Shown here piece after piece: positions 41,178-49,146 of a stretch of DNA of 64,000 nt; the stretch's first letter is position 1, and each line of letters begins with the position of its first letter. Under the pieces are notes generated by a model that did no database searches, had not been told where the DNA came from, and was given only the letters and a program-made list of their open reading frames with translations. Location of the stretch: contig JANQNX010000009.1 of assembly GCA_028279365.1 (NCBI GenBank), forward strand, positions 22,036 through 86,035, written 5' to 3'. A program made the translations under genes and the position numbers. The DNA is from Gammaproteobacteria bacterium. Lineage in GTDB: Bacteria; Pseudomonadota; Gammaproteobacteria; Eutrophobiales; Eutrophobiaceae.

Positions 41178-41521
41178 GCAGCATTATTAGACGACACAAA
41201 TTTCATCTTCATGAACTGCCTGATAGCGCAGCATTTGGTTTGATCACCACCGAATTGTCAAAGCAGGAAGGAATTGTTGATATCAAACAAACGGGACACA
41301 CCATTATCGTTGATTATGATCTGACAAAGACCAGTATGCACGATATTAATGTATTTCTTTCCGCGCGTTTGTCTGTTAAACAAGCATCGGCGTTTGAAAG
41401 TCTTATACAAAATATAAAACAGGTAGTTGAAGAAAATACCCGCCAACATAGTATCAATCCGGCTGGATGGGACTATTATGTACAACAGCTTTATTTATCC
41501 AGCCATGACTCAGGAATATAA
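41174..41521 (+). CDS. Hypothetical protein, possible HMA-like fold without Cys ligands
   Basis: ATGA overlap with the prmC stop; L...EGIVDI....IIVDYD pattern; ends 8 nt before moeB. Confidence 0.6.
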   Translation: MSSIIRRHKFHLHELPDSAAFGLITTELSKQEGIVDIKQTGHTIIVDYDLTKTSMHDINVFLSARLSVKQASAFESLIQNIKQVVEENTRQHSINPAGWDYYVQQLYLSSHDSGI

Positions 41522-41529
41522 ACATTCTG

Positions 41530-42270
41530 ATGGATGACGATCAGCTACTACGCTACAGCAGACAAATGATGTTGCCGGAAATCGACGCGGAGGGGCAACA
41601 ACGCCTTGCCGATAGCAAGGTACTGCTGGTGGGTTTGGGTGGTCTGGGCTCACCCGTTTCCATGTATCTCACCAGCGCCGGCGTGGGTAGATTAACCCTG
41701 GTAGATTTCGACAAGGTCGATTTGAGTAATTTGCAACGGCAGATAGTGCATGCAACTGATGATATAGACCGCTTAAAAATTGAATCGGCGATCAAAAAAC
41801 TCACTGCGCTCAACCCGCATACTGAACTGCGAGGCATTGATCATGCATTGAAAGAAGAAGAACTATATGAGCAGGCGCAACTGGCCGATGTCATCGTTGA
41901 CGCGTCAGACAATTTTCAAACGCGTTTTGCCCTGAATGAAGTATCGGTAAACACGAAAACACCTTTGGTATCCGGTGCAGCTATCCGCTTCGAAGGACAA
42001 GTCACAGTGTTTAATCCGACCCAAACTGATTCACCCTGTTATCGTTGTTTGTATAACGAGGATGTGACTGCCGGCGAGACCTGCACTGCTAACGGTGTTA
42101 TCGCCCCGCTGCTTGGCATCATCGGCAGTATTCAAGCGAATGAGACACTCAAACTAATTATGAATATCGGCGAAAGCTTGCAAGGAAGGTTGCTATTAAT
42201 TGATGCGCTCCACATGGAGATCAATGAGGCCATACTGAAAAAAGATTCCAAATGCCCGGTTTGCAATTAG
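41530..42270 (+). CDS. moeB: Molybdopterin-synthase adenylyltransferase / ThiF family
   Basis: RYSRQ, GLGGLG, DLSNLQRQ, PCYRC, C-terminal CPVC. Confidence 0.9.
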   Translation: MDDDQLLRYSRQMMLPEIDAEGQQRLADSKVLLVGLGGLGSPVSMYLTSAGVGRLTLVDFDKVDLSNLQRQIVHATDDIDRLKIESAIKKLTALNPHTELRGIDHALKEEELYEQAQLADVIVDASDNFQTRFALNEVSVNTKTPLVSGAAIRFEGQVTVFNPTQTDSPCYRCLYNEDVTAGETCTANGVIAPLLGIIGSIQANETLKLIMNIGESLQGRLLLIDALHMEINEAILKKDSKCPVCN

Positions 42271-42276
42271 CCTACC

Positions 42277-43182
42277 TTATTGAAACTCTTTCATTACCGA
42301 AATTCGCTCGGAAATAAAAGCAACCAGCGAATTGATCACTTGCGAGTTACCGGGTTTGGCTAATAAACAGATCTCGGCTTCTTTTAACTTCGGCCAACCT
42401 CGGGAAAATTCATAAGCATAGAGATTGTCAGGCACCATTTCATTGGGCAACACAGTAAAACCTAAACCGGCATTGACCGCTGCCAATGTGCCGGCAAAAC
42501 TCGGGCTGGTGTATACGTTCTTCCACAATACCCCCGCTTTATCCAGCGCTTCTAACGCTCCCTTACGATAAACGCAGGGTGCGGGAGATAATACCATCGG
42601 GAAGAAATCATGATCTTCCATATACTCTTCATAGGCTTTTTTAAAATGCTTATCAAAAAAACGCTCATCTTCACCGACCCAGACCAGTTCTTCCCGCAAC
42701 AAGGGCTGCGCGTCTTTATGAATTTTCCCCGGTTCCTGTTTAATCACGATCAGGTCGTATTTATCATTTTCAAAGTCGTTAATTAAATTTAATGTTAGAT
42801 CGCAGTTTACATTTAAGGTAACGCGTGGGTGTTCTTTAACAAAGTCAGCGAGGATTGACGGCAGATAATAAGTGGCGAAGTCCTCAGGTGAAGCAAAATT
42901 AACACTGCCAACATAGTCTTCTTGATTGAACTGGTTCAGCAATTCATCCGAGAGTCTTACTATCTGCATTGCATATTGCCGAAGTCGCTCTCCATCATTG
43001 GTCAATTTGACGTTACGCTTATCACGAACAAAAAGCTCACAATCCAGGAGCTCCTCCAGCTTGGAAATCTGCATACTTACTGCTGACTGGGAGCGAAAAA
43101 CGCGTTTGGCCGTCTTAGTAAAGTTTTGTGTCTCCGCTAATATAATGAAGGTCTTTAACAGCCCAATATCTAATTCTCGCAT
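42277..43182 (-). CDS. LysR family transcriptional regulator (LrhA-like subfamily)
   Basis: LDIGLLKTF...NFTKTAKRVFRSQSAVSMQISKLEE HTH; PEDFA and PCVYR in the effector domain. Confidence 0.92.
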   Translation of the reverse strand: MRELDIGLLKTFIILAETQNFTKTAKRVFRSQSAVSMQISKLEELLDCELFVRDKRNVKLTNDGERLRQYAMQIVRLSDELLNQFNQEDYVGSVNFASPEDFATYYLPSILADFVKEHPRVTLNVNCDLTLNLINDFENDKYDLIVIKQEPGKIHKDAQPLLREELVWVGEDERFFDKHFKKAYEEYMEDHDFFPMVLSPAPCVYRKGALEALDKAGVLWKNVYTSPSFAGTLAAVNAGLGFTVLPNEMVPDNLYAYEFSRGWPKLKEAEICLLAKPGNSQVINSLVAFISERISVMKEFQ

Positions 43183-43203
43183 ACTCAATACTACCGTTTT
43201 AAT

Positions 43204-43269
43204 ATCAGAATAACTAATAAGTTATATTATAATTATTCATATTACAAATTTAAACTTGTGTACCATAAT
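43204..43269 (+). promoter_or_regulatory. Divergent promoter with a LysR-type site
   Basis: ATCAG-N5-CTAAT (T-N11-A) at 43204-43218, ATAACT-N4-AGTTAT at 43210-43225, -10-like CATAAT at 43264-43269. Confidence 0.5.
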
Positions 43270-43300
43270 TCGGTCTCAAAATTAAATAAACAAAAACAAA

Positions 43301-43350
43301 GATAAATAAGAAAAAATAAGAAAAAATAAGACCAAATAAGCATAATTAAG
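43301..43350 (+). repeat. Five tandem 10-nt units ending AA(A/T)TAAG
   Basis: GATAAATAAG AAAAAATAAG AAAAAATAAG ACCAAATAAG CATAATTAAG. Confidence 0.85.
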
Positions 43351-43539
43351 AGTGACTAACTGCAAATCACACAAATCTATGCTGTTAGTCAAATCAGAAT
43401 GAATAGGTTCAATCGTTTTTAGCTTTACGATTTTGACTTAAGCATAACGATAACAACACAAGGTATAGAGAATTATTAATAGTCATTAATTAAAAGTTGC
43501 TTTAAACCGAAGTTAAACACTTTAACTTCCCCTATATTT

Positions 43540-43567
43540 AGCCTCCTCTCCTGGGGGCTTTTTTTTT
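43540..43567 (+). terminator. Rho-independent terminator on the plus strand with no upstream CDS
   Basis: AGCCTCC-TCTCCT-GGGGGC followed by T9. Confidence 0.8.
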
Positions 43568-43665
43568 GCCCTGCGTTTCTTCCTTGAAGTAAATTTATTT
43601 GGGTAAGAGCAAATCGATGGTTATCACTAAAGTTAAAGAATTGTTTATTTACAAACACTAGATAA

Positions 43666-43711
43666 AGGCATTATTGAGGCCTAGCTATTAAAGCCTGACT
43701 CAATAATGCCT
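43666..43711 (-). terminator. 13-bp inverted repeat downstream of nhaA
   Basis: AGGCATTATTGAG / CTCAATAATGCCT. Confidence 0.6.
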
Positions 43712-43764
43712 CTGTAAACGACACTAACAATCAGGGTGTAAAATAGAACCTACAACAATTCAAA

Positions 43765-44973
43765 CTAATTAAATTGCTCTATTAAGGCTTCCTCAACCGG
43801 CGCTTTCTCTTTTTCTTTGGCCGTTGCTTTTTTAATCACCAGGTAGCCTGCAACACCGGACATCACTGAACCAATAATAATCCCCAGTCGCTCGTCAAAG
43901 CCTTTATCTGTCAGGCCTTCAAACGCCAAAGACCCAATAAACAGGCTCATGGTAAAGCCCACACCACACAGTAATGAAACACCGTAAAGCACCGACCAGT
44001 TAAGTCCGCTGGGTAACTTGCCAAAGCCACACTTGATAAACAACCAGCAAAATGTAAATACACCGATCTGTTTACCAAAGAACAAACCAAGCGCAATACC
44101 TAGCGGGACAGGATGCAGTAAAAACTCCATACTGACACCGGATAAATTAATACCTGCATTGGCAAAAGCGAAGACTGGCAGGATGCCGTACGCGACAGCC
44201 GTATGCAGATCATGCTCCAGCTCTTTCAATGGTGAACGATCCGGGTATTCGTTGGAACGCATAGGAATAAAGAAAGCGAGTACAACACCGGCCAGTGTTG
44301 CATGCACGCCCGATTTCAAAATCGCGACCCACATCAGTGTGCCAATAAATAAATATGGAGTAACACTGGTGACGTTCTTTCTGTTTAATAGATACAGTAA
44401 GGGCAGGAAGCTTAATCCGATTAATAAAGCAGTCACAGATAACTTACTGGTGTAAAACAGCGCAATAATCACGATAGCACCAATATCATCGATGATGGCT
44501 ATCGAAACTAAAAAGACTTTTACGCTGGTCGGGACTCTGTCGCCCAACAATACCAATATGCCTAATGCAAAGGCAATATCTGTCGCGGCGGGAATCGCCC
44601 AACCGTGTCCGGCAATAGGATCGCCAAGGTTAATAATCGTATAAATAATCGCCGGGAATAACATACCGCCAAACGCGGCGACGGCAGGTAGCGCGACGTT
44701 TTTGGGGTCAGATAACTCACCTTCCATGATTTCACGCTTTAACTCCAACCCCACCAGGAAAAAGAATACGGCCATCAAGCCGTCATTGATCCAGAGTAAC
44801 AGCGGTTTGGCAACGTCCAGCGGACCAAAACGAACCTGAACCGGTATGTTTAACAATTGTTCGTAAAAAACAAACAGCGGCGTATTTGCCACGACTATCG
44901 CGAATAGTGCCGCAATGACAAGAATAATGCCACTGGCCGCTTCCAGTTTGAAAAAGTCTTTGAGTAAATCCAT
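43765..44973 (-). CDS. nhaA: Na+/H+ antiporter NhaA
   Basis: [48 protein letters not shown]. Confidence 0.97.
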   Translation of the reverse strand: MDLLKDFFKLEAASGIILVIAALFAIVVANTPLFVFYEQLLNIPVQVRFGPLDVAKPLLLWINDGLMAVFFFLVGLELKREIMEGELSDPKNVALPAVAAFGGMLFPAIIYTIINLGDPIAGHGWAIPAATDIAFALGILVLLGDRVPTSVKVFLVSIAIIDDIGAIVIIALFYTSKLSVTALLIGLSFLPLLYLLNRKNVTSVTPYLFIGTLMWVAILKSGVHATLAGVVLAFFIPMRSNEYPDRSPLKELEHDLHTAVAYGILPVFAFANAGINLSGVSMEFLLHPVPLGIALGLFFGKQIGVFTFCWLFIKCGFGKLPSGLNWSVLYGVSLLCGVGFTMSLFIGSLAFEGLTDKGFDERLGIIIGSVMSGVAGYLVIKKATAKEKEKAPVEEALIEQFN

Positions 44974-45174
44974 GCTATTGATTCCTGTACGCTTTCAACT
45001 ATGTTTTAAATCACATCGAAGCCCGGAAGTATTCCTGGACGATCGCATTTAGCGGCTAATAAAAATAAAACTGTAGAAAACTCTGGAGATTACCCATGCG
45101 ACCCCACCAAGACTTGGTTAGAATAATCCTGGATCTGCAAAGAAATCGTAAAAAACAACTAATCAACAACAAGC

Positions 45175-46161
45175 ATGAGCAGCTCGTTCAAAGGAAAACT
45201 GGCCCAGGAGATTACTGATTGGGAAAACACGGGGCTCATTAATACCGAACAATCCCGATTACTACACGAACGCTATGATCCGCGTCCTTTTAGTGGTGCG
45301 ATATTTCTTAAGTGGTTGGGGTTATTCGCTATTTTTATGTTAGCGACGTCGCTGCTCGGTTTTGTCGGAACCGTACTTGCCAGTTTTTCTCCGCTATTTT
45401 CTACACTTTGTTTGTTGGCTGTTTCTTTCCTGATCATGCGAGCCGGCGCAACGCTCGCATCCAACAAAGCACAAAAGCATCCGTTTAGCGGGCAAGCATT
45501 ACTTACCATTGGGCTGGTTGGTCTTTACTCGAGTATGACCGCGTTTTATTTGATTAGTGGCGGTAGATCATGGGGCGCGATGCACAGCGTATTTCTGCTA
45601 CTGACCAGCATTGCTGCATTACTCACCGCGTATCACTATCATCTTCGTTGGCCATTGTTGATTGGCTTACTGATGTTGTTTCACGGTGTTGGCAGTTTTT
45701 CACAATACTGGGGCGCGGGCAGCTATGTCTTGTGGATCCATGACCCACGTTTAATGGCACTGGTTTCACTAATCAGCATTGTCGGGGGCGTAGTGCACGA
45801 ACAACAACTAGAGCAGGCTCGCTTTCGACGCTGTATCGGTTTTGGTCATTTGTACCTGATCTTTGGTCTGCTTTATCTGAACCTGTCGTTATGGATATTG
45901 AGTTTGAGATGGGATAGCTGGATTTGGATCATGTTGATGGTGCTAGGCTGTCTCGCTCAACTTGTTGCCGGTGCACATCTAAAAGACAGCCGTTTTACCG
46001 GGATGGGGGTCGTATTCCTCGGTATTTGTTTATACACGCGCTTTTACGAATACTTTTGGGATGCATTATCAAAGGCGTTGTTTTTTACTGTCGCGGGACT
46101 GATCGGTCTTGCACTGGCCTATGTTTTTGAACGACAGATAAAGCCGGCGGTTACATCATGA
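45175..46161 (+). CDS. Polytopic membrane protein, DUF2157-like
   Basis: N-terminal W...GLI..EQ...L..RY motif followed by ~10 TM segments. Confidence 0.65.
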   Translation: MSSSFKGKLAQEITDWENTGLINTEQSRLLHERYDPRPFSGAIFLKWLGLFAIFMLATSLLGFVGTVLASFSPLFSTLCLLAVSFLIMRAGATLASNKAQKHPFSGQALLTIGLVGLYSSMTAFYLISGGRSWGAMHSVFLLLTSIAALLTAYHYHLRWPLLIGLLMLFHGVGSFSQYWGAGSYVLWIHDPRLMALVSLISIVGGVVHEQQLEQARFRRCIGFGHLYLIFGLLYLNLSLWILSLRWDSWIWIMLMVLGCLAQLVAGAHLKDSRFTGMGVVFLGICLYTRFYEYFWDALSKALFFTVAGLIGLALAYVFERQIKPAVTS

Positions 46162-47180
46162 CGCCACAACGATTCAATCAAAAGTTACAGCGTGAACTCA
46201 GTCGCCTCGCTCGCGAAGATGTGATTGATGCGATGACTTACGACAGCCTCTGCGCCCGTTACCCCACTCAGACATGGGACTGGACCTCACTCGGTCGTTG
46301 GTTCGGTTTATTTGGTGCAATCAGTTTTGCTGCCGGACTGGTCTTGTTTGCACGTGAGTTATTTGAATTCACGCTGGTAAAACTTGCCTGGGTACTGGCT
46401 ATTTTGATGCTGGCTTTATTCTATGGCGGTTGGCGCTTAAAAAAATCGCATTACAGCATGACCCGTCGCTCACTCGAACTCTGTGGCGCGTTTGTATTAA
46501 TCGGGCTCACTTTTACGCTGGGTTATATTTTCTCCAGTGGTTCCGGCAATTGGCCGGCACTATTGTTAATCGACTTAATTATTCTTTTACCGCTAGCCTA
46601 TCTATTACGCAATGTATTGATACTGACATTAACTGCGGTGGTATTTTTTATCTGGTTTGGCGGTTTTACCGGTTATGATTCCGGCTGGGGCGCCTACTGG
46701 TTTGGCATGAATTACCCACTGCGGTTTTTACTAGTTGCTGTCGTCATCATCTTTGTTGGTCTATTACATCGAATCAGTGAGAGAAGTTATCTCTCAAACT
46801 ATCGTGAGTTTTACAAAGTCTGGTTATCAGCAGGACTATTCTTTGCCGAAATGGCGCTGTGGTTATTATCGCTGTTTGGCAACTTCAACCTTGAAGAAAG
46901 CCGCTGGTATCGGAGTACGGATAACGAAATATTCTTATTCAACCTATTGTGGGCGGGCAGCAATGTCGTCTTGCTTGGGCTGGGCGTGCGCTACCTGTTT
47001 CGAATGCTACGCGGCTATGCGACAACGTTTCTCATCATTCAAGGCTACACCCTCTATTTTTGGCATGTCTACGGCGAACTTGGGTTTATCTTTGGCTCCG
47101 CCCTTGCCGGAGGCAGTGCGCTGGCATTAGTCATTTGGTTTGAGAAACAGAAAAAAAACAATACCGTTTCACTTCATTAA
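46158..47180 (+). CDS. Polytopic membrane protein, DUF2157-like paralog
   Basis: Similar N-terminus (EL......VID......L..RY), ~10 TM segments; ATGA overlap with the upstream paralog. Confidence 0.65.
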   Translation: MTPQRFNQKLQRELSRLAREDVIDAMTYDSLCARYPTQTWDWTSLGRWFGLFGAISFAAGLVLFARELFEFTLVKLAWVLAILMLALFYGGWRLKKSHYSMTRRSLELCGAFVLIGLTFTLGYIFSSGSGNWPALLLIDLIILLPLAYLLRNVLILTLTAVVFFIWFGGFTGYDSGWGAYWFGMNYPLRFLLVAVVIIFVGLLHRISERSYLSNYREFYKVWLSAGLFFAEMALWLLSLFGNFNLEESRWYRSTDNEIFLFNLLWAGSNVVLLGLGVRYLFRMLRGYATTFLIIQGYTLYFWHVYGELGFIFGSALAGGSALALVIWFEKQKKNNTVSLH

Positions 47181-47236
47181 TAAAATCTGCTCATCGTTAT
47201 GTAAGTTATTGCTTATTTACGCGCGACGTATCAATT

Positions 47237-47261
47237 CGGTATAAATTCCTGATTTATAACA
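47237..47261 (+). promoter_or_regulatory. ModE-like box upstream of the modA-like gene
   Basis: CGGTATAAA-N7-TTTATAACA, plus a half-site ATCGTTATGTA at 47193-47203; spacing one base longer than canonical. Confidence 0.35.
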
Positions 47262-47271
47262 AAGCCGTTTT

Positions 47272-48072
47272 ATGAGAGCGATCATATTTTTTATCTGTTT
47301 GATGTTTGCCAAACTAAGCGCAGCAGAATCAAATGATGTTTTAATATTTGCAGCAGGTAGTTTGAAAATCGCTCTAACCGAAATTGCTGAAGAGTATCAA
47401 AGTGAAACCGGAGTCGTAATTCAAACCAATTTTGGACCTTCCGGTTTAATACGGAGACGTATTGAAGAAGGCGAAACTGCCCACGTTTTCGCATCGGCAA
47501 ATATGAAGCATCCAAAATTATTAAAAGAACAAGGAATCTCGTCAAAAGTTATTATGTTCGCAAAAAATAAACTATGCGCGATTGCCCAACCAGAGATAAG
47601 GGTGACATCTGAAACCTTATTGGAAAGCTTATTAAGGGCAGATGTTAGAGTTGGCACATCGACACCTAACGCCGATCCTTCCGGTGACTATGCATGGAAA
47701 TTATTTCAGAAGGCAGAAAAACAGCAACAAGGCGCATTTGCTATTCTGGATAACAAGGCATTAAAACTAACCGGTGGCAAAAACACAGAACGTGCACCGA
47801 AAACACGCAATCAATATGCTTGGGTAATGGAAAATAAAAAAGCCGACATTTTTCTAACCTATTGCACCAATGCACGTCTTGCAAAACAAGAAATGACATC
47901 ATTAAAAATTATAGCCATACCAGCAGCTCTGGAAGTCGGGGCCAGCTATGGTTTGACTATATTAAATAACGCATCTGCTGAAGCTAAGGCATTTGCTACA
48001 TATTTATTAAACGCGAAGGCACAGACTAAACTAACTGAATATGGTTTCACTAGCGTGCGAAAAGAAAATTAA
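47272..48072 (+). CDS. Molybdate/tungstate ABC transporter substrate-binding protein (ModA-like), orphan
   Basis: FAAGSL, FGPSG, VFASAN, DPSGDYAW, ADIFLTYCTNA, YGF. Confidence 0.82.
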   Translation: MRAIIFFICLMFAKLSAAESNDVLIFAAGSLKIALTEIAEEYQSETGVVIQTNFGPSGLIRRRIEEGETAHVFASANMKHPKLLKEQGISSKVIMFAKNKLCAIAQPEIRVTSETLLESLLRADVRVGTSTPNADPSGDYAWKLFQKAEKQQQGAFAILDNKALKLTGGKNTERAPKTRNQYAWVMENKKADIFLTYCTNARLAKQEMTSLKIIAIPAALEVGASYGLTILNNASAEAKAFATYLLNAKAQTKLTEYGFTSVRKEN

Positions 48073-48101
48073 ATTTGTTTAGCTGGATCAGTAATTTTAA
48101 T

Positions 48102-48875
48102 TTATGCTGCCAGTCTCTTTGAAACACTTTCACTAAAAACCCGGAATTCTCCTTTCTGCATACAATGCCAATTCTCATTGTCGGTTAATGCCTTAGACGC
48201 AATGATCGTAACGATCTCTTTCTGTTTTAATCGTTGACTAAAATCGATCACCTCGCCTGTATCAACAAGCCTTGCCTCACTAAAGGGATATTGTCTTGTG
48301 ACCCAACACATTTTGTTACTGCAAAAGGAGTACATATGACGAGAATCGCTAAGCAGGAAGCTGAATACGCCTAATTCATTGACCTCATGGGCAACTGATT
48401 AGATGAGCTTCCAGACTTGTTTGCTACTTCTTGGCCTTTGAGAAAGGCGTCTCTTACTCTGTCCATTAGGTAACAAAAGGCATATTCACTATCCGTCGTG
48501 CCAACTGGATAGTAAACCTGTAATGGCTTTTTCTTTATCCCCTTTAACTGACCGTTATGCGCAAATACCCAGTCGCAACCCCAAAGTTCACGTTTAAAAG
48601 GATGGGTATTTTCTAAACAGACTCAACCACGATTTGCCTTACGAATATGACTGATAATGAGCTTGCTCTTCAGAGATGTATTTTGAAAGAAATTGGCTAT
48701 TTCAGATTCGGCACTTGATTGAGTATCGTGAAACAGATTACTACCCCGCCATCATAAAGACCCACACCCCAGCCATCTTTATGCACACCGGTCTTTCCCC
48801 CCGCACTCTCAGCCCGGAAAAACTGAAACGAATATCTGCTGGTTCATTGGCACATAGGCCAAGTAATTCACACAT
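48102..48875 (-). pseudogene. Class II glutamine amidotransferase (YafJ-like), disrupted
   Basis: Starts MCELLGLCAN; fragments HKDGWG, SHIRKAN, ENTHPF, FAHNGQL, GTTDSE are split across frames; in-frame stops at 48623-48625 and 48399-48401. Confidence 0.85.
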
Positions 48876-49026
48876 TATTAATTTTTACTCGATTATAAAC
48901 AGGCGTGTTCTCTCTACCTTTCAATATCCTTAACGTTACATCGGCCTGTTCAACGAAGACTTTATCCGCATTGGCTCTGATTGAGACCAAATGAGCAGAA
49001 ATATATAAACAATAATCTATATATTA

Positions 49027-49062
49027 TTGATTATAATTATCAATTGAGATAGTTTCTCAATT
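49027..49062 (+). promoter_or_regulatory. Fur-like operator region upstream of the TonB-dependent receptor
   Basis: TTGATTATAATTATCAA overlapping the palindrome AATTGAGA-N5-TCTCAATT. Confidence 0.55.
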
Positions 49063-49146
49063 AGTAGGCAATATCAATTGTAGCTCCATTTAATTGACTT
49101 ACTAAAAAAAACAAATTTAAAAAATAATAATGCAGGGGATATTAAA

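Larger units (their letters stand above)
43275..43567 (+). ncRNA. Candidate LysR-controlled ncRNA (~290 nt)
   Basis: No ORF longer than ~16 aa; several hairpins; ends in an intrinsic terminator; 5' end approximate. Confidence 0.5.

Noticed and set aside
43301-43350. Tandem repeats as a CRISPR array or iterons
   Set aside because: Units are only 10 nt with no spacers, and there are no cas or rep genes
43476-43658. 60-aa minus-strand ORF in the LysR-nhaA intergenic region
   Set aside because: It runs across a terminator hairpin, starts downstream of the nhaA terminator and has no recognisable motif
44974-45174. nhaA-I/II or Na+ riboswitch in the nhaA leader
   Set aside because: I could not match conserved elements by eye; an Infernal search would be needed
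48676-48933. 85-aa plus-strand ORF
   Set aside because: Antisense shadow of the amidotransferase pseudogene
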